Notes under the pieces: generated by a model
Told to the model about the DNA's origin: nothing
The model's database searches: none
The model's input: only the letters and a program-made list of their open reading frames with translations
Shown here: piece by piece, positions 36,816 through 50,185 of the stretch
Position numbering within the stretch: position 1 is the first letter of the stretch
Layout: each line of letters opens with the position of its first letter
Source of the DNA: Tubulanus polymorphus
Taxonomy: Eukaryota; Animalia; Nemertea
DNA length: 64,000 nucleotides
Assembly: GCF_964204645.1 (NCBI RefSeq)
Contig: NC_134032.1
Span: 6,374,275-6,438,274 of the forward strand
Reading direction: 5' to 3'
Position numbers and translations under genes: made by a program

Positions 36816-36967
36816 CAGTCAAGCCCCGATATACCATCCACATCGGGAGACAAATTTTGGCAGTATAGAGAGTATGACGGTATATCGAGGGTGTTTTACT
36901 ATGTATTTGCATAGAAATGTTAATTGAGAAAACCTAGCGGGGGTGGCAGTATATCGGGGGTTGACTG
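36816..36967. mobile_element. Tc1/mariner-type MITE
   Basis: TA-CAGTCAAGCCCCGATATAC...GTATATCGGGGGTTGACTG-TA. Confidence 0.8.
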
Positions 36968-37100
36968 TATATCCTAAAGGTCATTGTAGACAGTCACTAT
37001 AGATAGTTGAAACATGACATTAACTTATAAACTATCAGCTCAAGGAAACATTTTGGCATTATTCCTGAAGATGACTGAAGATACACTCGAAATCTTATAA

Positions 37101-37462
37101 GCTACGTACGTCTACACTAGCGTTTTGTATCCGGGTTTTGCGTCACCACTATGGTCGAAACACAGTTTCAATGCAGAGTTTTCCGTAAAACTCAGGTTTT
37201 AGAAACCCCTTCTTGAAAAAGAAGGGCACACTCCGCATTGAACCTACGTTCGCGTAAAACTCTGCATTTTTTGCTAGTGTAGACAGTGAACCCATGTTCG
37301 ATGCAGCGTTCAGGCGCCATAATTGGCCTTGAACTTGTACTACAGATGTTGATTCTTATACCGAAACCGCGTTAAGTGTAGACGCTACTCACTGCAAACG
37401 CAGGTTTTCGTTGAACCCAGGTAGGTTGAAACCTGGGTACAATACGCTAGTGTAGACGTGGT
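37101..37462. mobile_element. Harbinger-like MITE just 3' of the Rab32 stop codon
   Basis: ACGTCTACACTAGCGT.TTGTA / TACAATACGCTAGTGTAGACGT inverted ends; TAA/TTA flanks. Confidence 0.7.
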
Positions 37463-37581
37463 TTAACTCTTTTAGGAAACATTTTCTTCATTTTCTGAGC
37501 GTGCAATTTTCTATATTATCAAACACACACGTGAGTCCAGTTTTTTTCACGTTTTCAGGTGACGTACATTTGAATTATTCG

Positions 37582-37698
37582 CTAGCAGCAGCCTTTTGAA
37601 GTGGATTTTTTCTGCGCGGCTCGCGGTTCCCCGAGTATGATGCGGTCTTTGTCGCGTTCTTCTTGGTCTACGTTGATCGTACGGTCATTTTGAAGGAT
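37582..37698 (-). CDS. RAB32: Rab32/38 last coding exon with CC prenylation motif
   Basis: TTTCAG acceptor, then ILQNDRTIN...KKSTSKGCC*. Confidence 0.9.
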   Translation of the reverse strand: MLQNDRTINVDQEERDKDRIILGEPRAAQKKSTSKGCC

Positions 37699-38873
37699 CT
37701 GAAATAATGCGGAGAATGAAATTAATTTCATGAGCAATTTTGCTCCAACTCTGAGCAGTGCCTTTGGTAACAAATTGAATTTTTTCCTGCTGCAGACGTT
37801 TCTAGAAGTGACTGTCTATTAATTGAAGAAAAAACATTAAGTGTGAAGAAGCCAATTTTGCAACGCATGTGAACGCACACTCTGATTTGGTCCATTCCAA
37901 ATATGGCCCATGCCAGGTACGGACCCTTTAGACCGGCCTAACATGTGGTATTGTGAAGGCAGCCTTTAGACTCAATTCTATGATTTATTTTCAAAAACTA
38001 GTAAAAATACCCATCTTCGATGTTTTTGAAAATTATGCGCGGCTCATTAACTGTCAGCCTAATAAATTCTGATTGACCTTTCCAATTAAAATGCAAGCAA
38101 TTTTTCCTCCCTCCCCTCAAATAATCCCTTTCTCGACATGCCCCTCAAGCAACATTTCCTCCCAGATCCTGGAGAGAATGTCTAACCCTTTCTCGACATG
38201 CCCCTCTAAGATTAGATCCTTACTAATGCCTTACAATAAATATTTGTCTAGAAACATGTTCACCCTGTAGTGAGAGTGGTTGGTTTGCAGTGCTCTGTAT
38301 AGGGATACAAATGGCTCAGCAAAATTCGGGTCAAATTGGGTCAAACAACACATCACTGCAGTAACAGATAACACAGTACAGGCGCAAGCACACGCAATCT
38401 ACTGCCAACTTCTGGAATCTACTGGGATTTTGGGGATGAAAATTCAAAATTGAAATGAGACGCTGGATCCAAATAAAATTGTTATCTTTACCATAAGAAA
38501 CCATTCCTCTGTGCACATGCCAAGTTTCATTTTCGAACAACAAATAGATTTCGCGCAAACTGGTAACGAAAAACGACAGTTCCCCCTTCATAGTATAGTA
38601 GATAAGAGTAGTGACCTTGAGACTCAATTCTATAAGTTATTTCCAAAACCTAAGCAGCGTTTAGACTCAATTCTATTGGCCATTTTCAAAACTAAGTGAG
38701 TAGTGACTCTAAGAATCAATTCTATGAGCCAGTTTCAAAAAACTAAGAGAGTTCTGACCTAAGTCGAAACGTCACTATTCTCTTTTCTGTAGGAGCCATG
38801 TTCAGAAGTCCCCTACAAATGGGACCTAAACCCTAAACTCACTCGCATGAACAAATCCAGGAGGAAAACTTAC

Positions 38874-39017
38874 TTTAGTGACTAGACTTCGTGCCGACTC
38901 ATCGATATTTATATTCTCTTTTGCGGACGTTTCGAACCAATCGAGGAAACCTTTTTCTTTACAATAATCATCCATGTGTTGTGCATTGTTCACTAGACCT
39001 TCTTTAGCTTGATCACA
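38874..39017 (-). CDS. RAB32: Rab32/38 exon
   Basis: CDQAKEG...WFETSAKENINIDESARSLVTK, completing NKCD and including ETSAK. CAG/GTAAG boundaries. Confidence 0.95.
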
Positions 39018-40895
39018 CTGCAGGAAAAAAAGGTATGCACGCAATTCAGGGATGATAACAGGCCATCATTAAAAAGGCGGACAATTTTTAATATCGTAAT
39101 AACTTAGAGATAACGAAGGCGTGAAGCTACTGGCAGCAGAAGATGCCAGCTACGAGCGCGCAATGCGCGAAATAATACCCGGGGGTCTGGTCCCTCCCCC
39201 AGAAAATTTTGATTTTTCACATTGTCTCAGATTGTTTTTCAGCAGTTTTCACATTGACATGTCACTCAGAAAAATCAAACAACATGTTTTACCGTCATTA
39301 CATCGCTACTTCAAAGACGATATTCATTTGCATAAGAAAACAATGTAGACGGCGCCACGTTACGGGCCACAAAAGCCATTTTTCAGCACTACGCAACACT
39401 CAGTGAAAAATCAATAATGTAGATATATACATCCACAGAGACATGATCGGCCAAGAGATAGATAAAACTAATTGCTGATGTGGCATTATGCTGCAGTTTA
39501 GAACTGTTATTGGACTTTAAGGGATGAAAACACTATGAAAAGCAGTAGTAACATATATCGAAGTTGGCGGAACTACGTCACAGCCGAGAGAAAAGCGTCT
39601 GCTACGTGGAGAAAATGGCTGCGGCCAGGCAGTCTACAAAACCCTCTTTTTTGGATTAAGTATTAGATAAAATGTTTTTCTGCTGTTTTGAAAATGTGTT
39701 TACATGTATAAAGGTTTCTAACACATCTAGATACAACAATTCACTGCAGTTCCCCTTTAAGATGCTGGTAAACCAATCATACTCACCCCCCCCCTAATTT
39801 TTCCAAAATGGATTTGCATTGATCTGAGAAATGATAAAAATTGACTGGAAAGGGGGAAATCCGTCGAGCGGAAAATTATCATCCCTGATAATTATTGAGT
39901 TTCGTAGAGTTGAAAAATCCAGCTCCGGTGCCAGTTGCAGTGAGATGGCTTCAGTTTGAGTCCCTTTTTAAAATTCAAATTCTAAGGATTCTGCTGTTAT
40001 TTAGTTGTTATTTTGCTACTAAGTAACGTATTGTTTTATAACTTGAACATGGATCCACCACCAGAATTCTGCAAAAATCATCAAACTATATAAGAAATTT
40101 TAAAAAATCTAGTCCTTAATTGTATTTTCATCACAATTTTTAACAATGAGAAAAAAAAATATTTTTCTTGTTATGCTCGTCATGATTTTCAATCTAGTAA
40201 CATGTAAAATTTACTTGTAAAATTTGTTCATATTGATTTTGAATCTCATAATTTGCAATTAAGTTTGTATTCTTCATATCTCACATCATTTGATCAATCA
40301 ATCAATCAATTTTCACTCCTAATTTTTCATTCTACAGTCCTTCCGAGGTTTTATACGGAAAATACTAAAAAAATATGGAAATCTTATTTTTTCCTATTCC
40401 ATCCCATTTTGAAACACCTATTATAAAAAAAAATATTTTTTTTGCCCTCCCATTTTTTCTTGAAATAATCTGTTCTCCATATGAAAAAAAAACCTTAGCA
40501 TATTTCTAAGTTTTGGAGTACTTTCTCCAGGAATCAAGGAGTAGTATGAGCCCTGAATGGTAACATGTGACATGTCTGATAAGGATTTCTCATAAACGGG
40601 ATAAATTTTGCTGGTTTTACCATTAATATATTTTAATACCTTAACTGACAAACCTGCAGGTACTTCAAAATTCTGTGGGTTTTCTTCATTTTTTATGGGT
40701 GATTCGTTCGCAAGTAAACATACCATCATTTCATTAACATTTTAGCAGTGACTGGTGATTTTTCAGAAAATTTGTTCTTGGAATTGACTTTCCAGAACTA
40801 TGCTTATGCAGGGTGAACTGCAATTTTTCCAAAATTATCATTTTAAAGTTTTTTCTATTTCCCGACCCAATTTAGGTTTCCACCATTAAACTTAC

Positions 40896-41077
40896 TTTAT
40901 TTGCGAGTAACACGCACGGAACTGGACTACCATCTGGAAGCTGTACTTTGCTGTCAAGGTCGTTCTTCCACTTCTGAACGGCCTCGAACGTCGACGCTCG
41001 AGTAACGTCGAACACAATGAATGCGCCAACTGCTTCTTTATAGTAAACACGCGTCATATTGCCGAAACGCTCCTGGC
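40896..41077 (-). CDS. RAB32: Rab32/38 exon
   Basis: QERFGNMTRVYYKEAVGAFIVFDVTR...CVLLANK. Phase matches the previous exon; GTAAG donor. Confidence 0.95.
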
Positions 41078-41114
41078 CTGTAAAAAAAGAAAAAACAGCG
41101 TTCCATGAAGCAGG

Positions 41115-41945
41115 TCACATTGAAAAATAAATCGCCCATAGGCAAAGTGGTTTACCTTGAAAACTGGACCTTGTTTGGCAAGGGCATTGCCTAAAAAGTA
41201 TCTTTTTAATTTTTGAGTTTTAAGTTCAATTTCATATTGTATTTTAACTTTTTTAAGAATTATTTTATAGTCAAAAAAGGCCAAAAATATACATATGTTT
41301 ACGGCCCATGTCCAAAATTTGGTAGGGTACAGGTAGGTAGGTAAACATTTTACATTTTGAAAAAATAGTTTTCACAATAAGATAAATATTTAGATTAAAT
41401 ATTCATATGATATCACCAATCAGAGGGTGGGTGATGATTTTAAGTCTTGCCAACCTCCTCCAATGTTGAGCAGCGGATACTACCGATACCGTAAAATATT
41501 GGGGTAAGTAAGTGGATTGTTTTAAACCCCGGATTTTACCAATAAAATATTGACCTCGACTTACACGCCGAGCAAGACAATAATTTGCTGCCTAGGATTA
41601 GGTCACAAGAAATTACAATTTATGATAAATTCTACCAAACAGAAAATACAGTCTATTGGTTAGAACTCGCGCTTGAAGTGTAAGTGAATCTTACACTTCT
41701 ATGGTCAATCAAAACAAACTACAGGTATTAAATGAAACAATACCGATGGCGACTAAAAATATATTCCCACAAAAGTATATTCGCAGTACATAGTCCAATG
41801 AAACGCAATGAATCCCATTTATCCCTAAAACAGCCAATCACATTCACTTGTAGAGACGACGCCCCCTCAATCAAGGTCATTGCAATTTTATATGCAAGAG
41901 CTAAGAATTTTCCTGCCAAAAACAGTTTTTCTGAGAATTTTAATG
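41115..41945. repeat. Dispersed repeat; second, expanded copy at ~47710-49240
   Basis: Collinear blocks (GTTTACCTTGAAA, GTAGGGTACAGGTAGG, GGTCACAAGAAATTACAATTTAT, GAGCTAAGAATTTTCC) occur in both places. Confidence 0.8.
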
Positions 41946-42404
41946 AAGTTTACCATGAAGTTTTCTTATGCTAATGGGCCCCTGGGGGATACAAATGTAT
42001 ACGAAAGATCAAGGATCAAAGCGTCTTGAAAATTTCCCTCCAAAACTTGGCGAACCTCAATAGTTGCCAGTCGACCATCTTGATTCCGACAGAGCCAGTT
42101 TTTGGGTTGAAGATGTGTCTAAGGTACATGTGAATTCAGTTAACGGACGGAGGACGGACGAAAAGTGAACTCAATAGCCAGCTGGGACTAAAGTCCAAAG
42201 TGGGCTAGAAAACAAGACACATCTGTGTTCCTATTACTTATACATTCCTGATCTGAAACTTTGAAGTGGCTACAATGGTGCTGAAGATCAGAAAGAGATA
42301 TGCCACAGATCCAGGGGCAAGCCCTGAGAAAATGTTCATTACAGTAATCATTGCTTTAAAAGCAATGAAAAGGTGATTCAAGCAGTGACCCATTTCTGAA
42401 ACAA

Positions 42405-43440
42405 GAGCCAAAGGGGGCACTATGGCCAGCCTTTCAGCTTGTCATAAAATGGCAACTGATGCATTCTGTGGGCTAATATTTGTCAAAATACACTCCCGGC
42501 TCATAGTCAATACTAATAATTTTACACAATACAATTGTTTTCATAAGTAGCACGGACAGCATCCTCCCATGGCAGGGATTCAAACCTGATGGCATCGCTA
42601 CACTCAGCCACGGCATGAACCCCTGCCACAGTAGACTGCGTGTGCAGGTACACGGTCGGTCTAATGTGGCAGGGTTTCGTACCGTGGCAATCTCAATGCC
42701 ATCAGGTTAGAATCCCTGCCGGGGGAGGATGCACGGACAGCGACTGGAGCTAGCAGGAACAAATACCTCAGATCAATCTTTTCCCCTGGTCTTATCGATT
42801 TAAATACGGAATAGAATTGAATTTTCAGAAATTTGCTCCAGAAAACAAAATTGAATTGCAGCTGTTTTATTTGTTCAATAAATTAAAATTGAATTGGATT
42901 TGATATTTTTCTTGCAGAATAAAATTTGATCGAATTTGCCGTTTGAGCACATGGCAGAGCATATTAGCATATGAAGGTCAGCCATCCGATTTGAGAAAAA
43001 GCTATTTCTCCCAGACTTTGCATAATGGTCAATGATATTTTCTGTAGTGCAAATAAAAATATTCCTCCCAAAAACCAAATCAACTAAAGATTTCACGAAA
43101 AATCGATCTTGAAATACAATTTTAATTCTTGAAATAAAACCTGGAAGTAAAACAGTAGATGTTACCGCGGGTTCACGTGAACACCTGCTGATTTCTGCAG
43201 CTAAGCCAATCAGAGGAGTCTTTGCTTTCTGATTGGCTTTTTAAAACAGATATCTTCGCGAAAAAGCTCATATAAATTTCAACGAGGCCTTTTTTCAAAA
43301 TTCAGATTCAAAGGGTTTGGAGAATGGATAATGCTTTAATGAATGATTAGTATGAATATATGCTCAGTTGCACAATCAAAGGGCCTTTGCTATGGAAACC
43401 ATGTAATTTAAATATGCTCCATTTGTATAGTAACAGGCTC
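42405..43440. repeat. Dispersed repeat; second copy at ~55105-55900
   Basis: Collinear blocks (TTTGTCAAAATACACTCCC, GCAGAATAAAATTTGAT, TCACGTGAACACCTGCTG, GGAGAATGGATAATGCTTT). Confidence 0.8.
42560..42731. mobile_element. Foldback MITE with 9-bp TSD CACGGACAG (MULE-like), nested in the previous repeat
   Basis: CATCCTCCC..GGCAGGGATTC / GAATCCCTGCC..GGGAGGATG. Exact TSD; absent from the 55-kb copy. Confidence 0.85.
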
Positions 43441-43651
43441 AGCCTATGGCTGGCCTAAAAACGTGTGCCTTTGTCATAGAGGAAAGAAAGAAGCAACGTG
43501 GCAGTCTAGTGATGCCATCAGGTTTCGAATAACTGATGACGGGGAACATGGCAGAGTCTTGCGATGCCATCCGACGTGCGAATCCCGGCTGCAGGAGTTA
43601 AAGGCGTTCTAAATTCATGAGCCCGCTATCTCAAAATTGGAAATATTTATA

Positions 43652-45274
43652 CAGTAAAACCTCCCTTAGTGAACATCTCTATTTAGTGAACATCTCCCTT
43701 AGTGAAGATTTTTTGCCGGGAACCAAATTTTCCCTACTCATTTTCAATTGAATCTCCATTCAGTGAACACCTCTCTAGAGTGAACACCAGCAAACAGTGT
43801 TCACCGTGGTATACGGTAAAAATGTCCCGGGAAAAAATGTCCTGGAAAAATGTCTCCAGAAAATATTTCCCAGTCTTTCATAACTATTTTGGTAATGTAG
43901 TTAATTTCACATCATTATAACACCAGAGAACAAACTTGGTAATACAATTCAATAACAATTTTAACATTTGATTACAAAATGGCTCTACTTTGATGTAATT
44001 ATTTGTTTTATAAATGTAACATCTTTAATTTGAAGTACCGTATCAGGTAATGAGTTCACATGTTCTCTCTCAAAAGGCGAAATTAATCAATGCCAAAATT
44101 CTAGGCCTATAATTCTCATGGTCACTCAATGAATTCTTTTTTATGGCTAGTGTGCAATTTACACAATTAACAAAGTTTGTTCTCTGTGGTATTATCTTTA
44201 TGTGAAATTGTGATATTTACTAAATCAGTAATGATAGACTGAGACATTTTTTTCTACCTCATAGGACATTATTTTCGGGTACATTTCCCCCCCCCCCCCC
44301 CCGGGACATTTTCACCTACATTCGCTCACCATATACTATATGTACATAACTCATGGTCATTCAATGGCTAATTGTCATTAATAGTCCTTCAGCAGGATTA
44401 ATTTGGTCAATTGGTAACTACAATTATGAATGGACAGTTGTTATTGTTTTGGATAAATGCTTATTGGGGGGGGGGTATTCAAACTGCTAGCAGGTTGCAT
44501 GACACAAACAGTGAATGGAAAAAATAGCCAAGGAAAAATTGGCCAAGAAAAAAATGGCCAAGGAAAGAATGGCCAAGGTATGCCTAGGAAAAAATGGCCA
44601 TGGAAAAAAAGGCCAATGAAGATTAAATTAAACTAACCATCATTTCATTGACTAACAAGAAATCAAATGCATTGATGTTTTGACATGTCACTTTTTGAGA
44701 TTATTAGATCTATTCCTGGATAAGTTTAGGTAAATCTATGATGAGCATATATCTTTTTAGATGCTATCAGACACTAAACCAGTTTGCAATATACCTAAAT
44801 TACCACACAACTTCAATGCATTTACCTTTGATGATTTAAGACCGTCTGTGCCCTAACAGCTTACTTAGATGTTTTAAAATATTAATTAAGTTAATCTATT
44901 AAGTTTTAATTTATCACTTTTAAGTTTAAAAGTTTATTTATTGACCACTTGCATGATAGTTCTTGATATATTCATTATATGTAGTGAAATGATATCTAAG
45001 GTCATCACATTTTAATTGTTTTAAGCCCCATGAAAAATAAATGAGGTCATTAAATTGAAAGGTTAATGTTTTATTAACATTGTTAGTAGTTCTCATAAAT
45101 TTTTCCTGGCCTTTTTTTCCATGGCCATGTTTTCCTGGCCACTTTTTCCTTGGCAATTTTTTCCTACATTCGACACAAATATGTGCTTCCTCTATTTAGT
45201 GAACACCTCTCTATAGTGAACAATTTCTACAGGAACCCTAAGTGTTCACTGTTCACTATAGAGAGGTTATACTG
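43652..45274. mobile_element. Tc1/pogo-type MITE containing two nested foldback elements (~43805-44324 and 44511-45171)
   Basis: TA-CAGTAAAACCTC...GAGGTTATACTG-TA. Both nested elements end CCTACATTC; the second is flanked by GACACAAA(C/T)A. Confidence 0.7.
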
Positions 45275-46299
45275 TAATTTATTGTTAGCAGGCACGTGAT
45301 AATCAAAGGGCAATGTACCGAGTTACCTTACAACCAACAATCATTCTTTCATTCATTCTCTAGCATAGACAGCGTTCACAAGTTTGACCACCATTTGAAC
45401 CATAAATGTATAACAGCATTATATACAGTTAAAATCGACACTTAAGAAATAGCCATAGCTTATTTATTTTGGAGTCGACAACAATATAGACCTGTCTGAT
45501 CAGACATCCAGTCACAGATCTTACATAATAATACCGAATTGTCACACCGACTGCTCCGCCGTTACTGGATGTATCGCCCTTAAAATTTGCCCCGTGCTAG
45601 ATCTCGAAATTTTCTATCGCTTGGGCATGGTTTCCAATGAAAATGTCATATGGAATTTATGCCGTGGGCCATTTACCAAATTTTTGTAGTCTCTCCTACC
45701 TTCACAGAGGGCGCATGGGTCTGCTGACATAGCCACTGACTTGAGACACTGTTGATACAGTATGAGTAACTGCTGCCTTTGTGACCTGGCTGCCGGGTCA
45801 CAAAACAGTTTTTCAAACGTAACAGATGATAGAAAATAAAAAAGCAATTAACCCACTTAGTGTAACCGAAGGGCACTGCTGCCGGTTCACAGCAATGAAC
45901 TCACTTACTGAAGTGAGCTGAGTGAATGTATTGGGCTGAGGCTAGGAACGTGTGTGACTGAACATTTTTGTTGTTTTTCAGTTATCTGCAGCACCCATGA
46001 GTTCAGATTTTCAGTACTGCGTATAATTCATACATTATGAAATGATCATATTGGTACTTAACATATTTGTTTGCTATCTATAGTTCTCATTGGGCCTCCA
46101 TGGGAAGAAGTTTTCAGTATGTGATTGAGGGACCGAATAACCACGGGCATAGGTCAAGCTGGTCCCATATGGTCTCAACAGGCATGGGTTATCACAAAAT
46201 ACTCCTACCAAATTCACAAAAAAGTTGGAAGTTCTACGTTTAAAATGGGGTCCAGGGACACCATACCCGCTTGGGAAGTGGTTTCAAATGCTCAACAAT

Positions 46300-47282
46300 C
46301 TACAATTTCAATATTCAACGCCCCCTGGTGACCATATACAAAAAACCAATGACCTTGAAACTCACCACAATCATAGAACATGTCATGAACTACAACTTTG
46401 CAATTGATCATGGTAACAAAATATGCCTTGGTACCAATGTAATAAGGAAATACTAAGTTATTCTACTATTCACCACAATTATAGATGATGTCATGAGCTA
46501 CAACTTTGCAATTGATTGTGGTAACAAAATATGCATAGGTACAAATATAATATAGAAATACTAAGTTATTGTATTAATCAACGCCCCCTGGTGGCCATAT
46601 ACATTAACAAATTGACCTTGAAACTCACCAAAATCATAGAAAACGTTATGAGCTACAACTTTCCAATCGATTGTGGTAACACAATATGCTTAGGTATCAA
46701 TTTAATGTGGAAAAACTTTTTCCCGCCTATGAATCAGTACTGATGACACCAAAATGGCCGATCGGCTTATCAAAAATACCTGTCTCAGGTATAAAAGATC
46801 CCTTTTCAAAGAACACCCTTCACACATTGCAATGAGAAATGGCAAACCAGTAGGAAGCTACAGAACTCAGAATTCAGGCCAAAATTGACATTTTTGGGCA
46901 CTAAAATGGTCATTGGACGGCCATCTTGAGTCCGATCAACCCAATTTTTCTTAAGCTGATGGGCCCTTGGGGAATCAAATATACACAAAACATCAAGGTA
47001 ATTGATCAAAGCATCTTCAAATTTTCCCTCAAAAAGTTCAAAAATGTGTCAAGTGCTGATTTTGGCGAACAATGACTGCCAGTCGGCCAACTTGATTCTG
47101 ACAGGCCCAGTTTTGAGCCGAAGATCTGTCTAGGGTAGATACATGTGTAACCCAAATATCGAGACATTACATTGAAGCGTCTTCGAAACTTCCCAAAATA
47201 ACTGGATTCCGTCTACGGAAGGACGACGGATGAAAAGTGAACGCAATAGCCCGCTGGGACTAAAGTCCCAAGTGGGCTAAAA
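46300..47282 (+). mobile_element. Helentron/HINE-like non-autonomous repeat (related pieces at ~41975-42212 and ~50335-50640)
   Basis: Internal subrepeats GAAACTCACCACAATCATAGAACATGTCATG, a GGAC microsatellite, and a 3' hairpin TAGCCC..GGGACT..AGTCCC..GGGCTA before an A-run. Left boundary uncertain. Confidence 0.5.
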
Positions 47283-47990
47283 ATCACCAGTGGTTTCCAC
47301 GGGCTTTCCACCAGTTACAACGAGATCATATTTAATGATATATTGGTTTCAACGAAGAAATTTCCGCGTCCCAGTCAAAAGTTGTTATTTCCTACAATTC
47401 CATTGGTTTTAACGGGATCGTTCATAACGAAAAATCGGATAGAATGAAGTAAATTTTGCGTCCCAAGAGCAATTTTCATTGATTACAAGGTAATTCCACG
47501 AGGCCGCAGCAGAAAATATTGATCAATCGAACCCATAGTACAAGCATTGTTTATATACTCAACCTCCCGTAGTTACTGTCAACGAAGTAACACTACATGC
47601 TCCTGATCCGTTGATATTTTCTACAACGGCGCCTCACAAACGCATGCACATTGATTTGGCCACTTAAGTCAAAATACTTCAAGAAGTTGACAAAGGAACG
47701 AAATAAATTCCCCATGGGCAAAGTGTGGTTTACCTTGAAAGCTAGAGGTTGTTTGGAGTAAGGGCATTGCTTCAAAAATCTTTTTAATTCGTGACTTCAA
47801 AGTTCCACAAGTTTATATTGTATTTTATCTTTCTTAAAGAATTATTTTGTAGTCAAATAAGACCAAAGATATACATTTGGTTACGGTCCACGTCCAAAAG
47901 TTTGTAGGGTACAGGTAGGCGTGGCAGGGAAATCATTTTATATTTTCCAAAAAAATATGTTTCACAATATGAAAAAAAATATTCAAATAA

Positions 47991-48523
47991 GGCCATCCCA
48001 AAATAATTGTCTGTTTGCCGTAACACCGACTCAACTTTTCAGGATGAGTCGGTAGGTAAGAAAAAATTTCTCACCTTTTTACATGGAAACAATATCGCAA
48101 AACTCATCTACGTTGTGCACGGGAAATTTGTCTAATAGCGTAGATTTCGAGAATTATTCTAAAATTATAACTTCGTCCAGATCGTCATCTCTGTGTTAAA
48201 AATGAAACAGCACATTGAATATGTGCGCGGTTTTACGTTACCAGCTTTGATAAAGTCACTATGAGAATGAATGGGAGCTTATTGGAACACTGCCAGTTTC
48301 CTGGAAAACTTAAATTAGGCCACATTGACAAGGCATGTTTTCACACGATGCACACTTGAATTCAAACATATATAATACATAGCTCATACGTAGGCAGTGG
48401 GTCGGTCGGCCGTTTTTATCAAAAATAAAATTTATTTCAATAAATCCCAGAAAAAAAGTTTTCACTCGGTACCTTTGAAGTCGGGTCGGTCAGGTTACGG
48501 CAAACCATTAATATGGGATGGCC
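47991..48523. mobile_element. PIF/Harbinger-type MITE
   Basis: TAA-GGCCATCCCA..TTTGCCGTAAC / GTTACGGCAAA..TGGGATGGCC-TAA. Absent from the paralogous repeat at 41.4 kb. Confidence 0.85.
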
Positions 48524-50106
48524 TAAAATTCATATGATGTCACATATCAGAGGGTGGCTGAATATTGGGTCATGGAAACCTCTTCCAATGTTGGCTGCGG
48601 AAGTTAAAATACCGGTACAGAAGAAATCGGTTATTAGATCGTTTTAAATCCTGGAATTTACGACTACTATATTCAGACCTCGACCTATTCTTTTAGATTG
48701 CTGCTTAATATTTTCAGGTCACAAGAAATTACAATTTATTACAAATTCTATCAAACGGAAAACACAGCGCTCATCTTCTGCTACGATTATTCAGCCTATT
48801 TTCATGTCAAACGCGCACGCGTTACAGCATCACCTTGAGTAGTGTACTGTACGAGCTTGTGTGTGTGTGTGTCGTGTAGCACTCTGCGCCCACAGGTGGA
48901 GGCCTCGTGTAAACGAATGTTCGCTTACACTTCAATGTCAATCAAAACAATCACCGGGTATTAAAATGAAACAATACCTATGGCGGATATGTGAAATAAT
49001 TACATCCTCACCAGCAATGAGCATTTAAAATTCGCACGTATACGGCACCTAGTCCAATGAAACATACGCCATTCTATGGCTTTCCCATAATTATTTTAGT
49101 AGCGTCAGAATTCCCCGTATATCCCAAAAACAGCCAATCCCATTCGCTCATAGAGACGACGCCCCCCAATCGAGGTCATTACAATTTTATACGCGAGAGC
49201 TAAGAATTTTCCCGCCAAAAACAGTTTTTTGTAGAATTTTAACTCAGTTGACCGTGTACATCGACGGAGGTTTGCCATGTCTTCAATCGCATCGATTATA
49301 CGTTGTTTAAGCCAAGAACCAATGAAAAAAATGCTCACATAAAAAAACGTTCCGCAATTTTACATGAATCGGCTCAATGCCAACCTCATATCGCTGACAA
49401 AGGTAAACCAAAAAGTGGATGTATGGAGGATTTTTAATTTGAGACTCGAAGCGGCTTATCTAACAAATAAACTCAATCGATTTGTTAGATTGAATTGGTT
49501 TCTTCATTTGGTTTATTCAGTTTATGGTAGGAGATCACTGTATTGGTCGTTTCATAGCGTGTTCAGAGATAACTACATAGCACGAGATATTTCGAATGGT
49601 CCGGCATAAAATTCACGGTACCTCAGAACTGTCCGCGAGTTAATAAATTATGAAACGCTTTTTCGACTATATCCGCATTTTAGTTTCGAAGCGACAAAAC
49701 CTTGGCACGGGCCTGAGTAGAAACCAACCAAAACCTGCCATATTCGCTCTGATATGGCAAGGTATATTGTGGAGTCTGAATTAAAAACTCCCTGATATTC
49801 TGCTGACCTGTGTTGTGACCAAAAATTCCCTGATTGAATTATAAGATATCCTCAGCGAGGGCTGTTTCTAATCAGAGGTCCCTTACGTCATTCGTCACCA
49901 GCAAGAAGATCAAAACACCGAAAATTCAAATTCCCCGAATAAATCGTGAGATATTCTCAGTGTGGGCGGTTTCTTATCAAGAGGTTCCTTGTGCAAAGCG
50001 CAACAAGACACCAAAATTCAAATTCCCAGACTTTTCAAGGTAAGAGTCAGAATTCCCTGATCTGTGAGAACCCTGCTGTTTATAGAGATAAGAATGATAT
50101 ACGTAC

Positions 50107-50185
50107 CTGCAATGTCCCATAGCTGTAACCGTACAACTGTGTCTGCGTCCCAGTTTATCACTTTCAGGGCAAAATCAACACCGAT
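50107..50185 (-). CDS. RAB32: Rab32/38 exon (switch regions)
   Basis: IGVDFALKVINWDADTVVRLQLWDIAG. WDIAG is typical of the Rab32/38/29 subfamily. AG/GT boundaries, ends in phase 1. Confidence 0.93.

Noticed and set aside
32239-37582. Functional link between the element and the immunity-related Rab32 about 5 kb away
   Set aside because: Only proximity; no sequence evidence.
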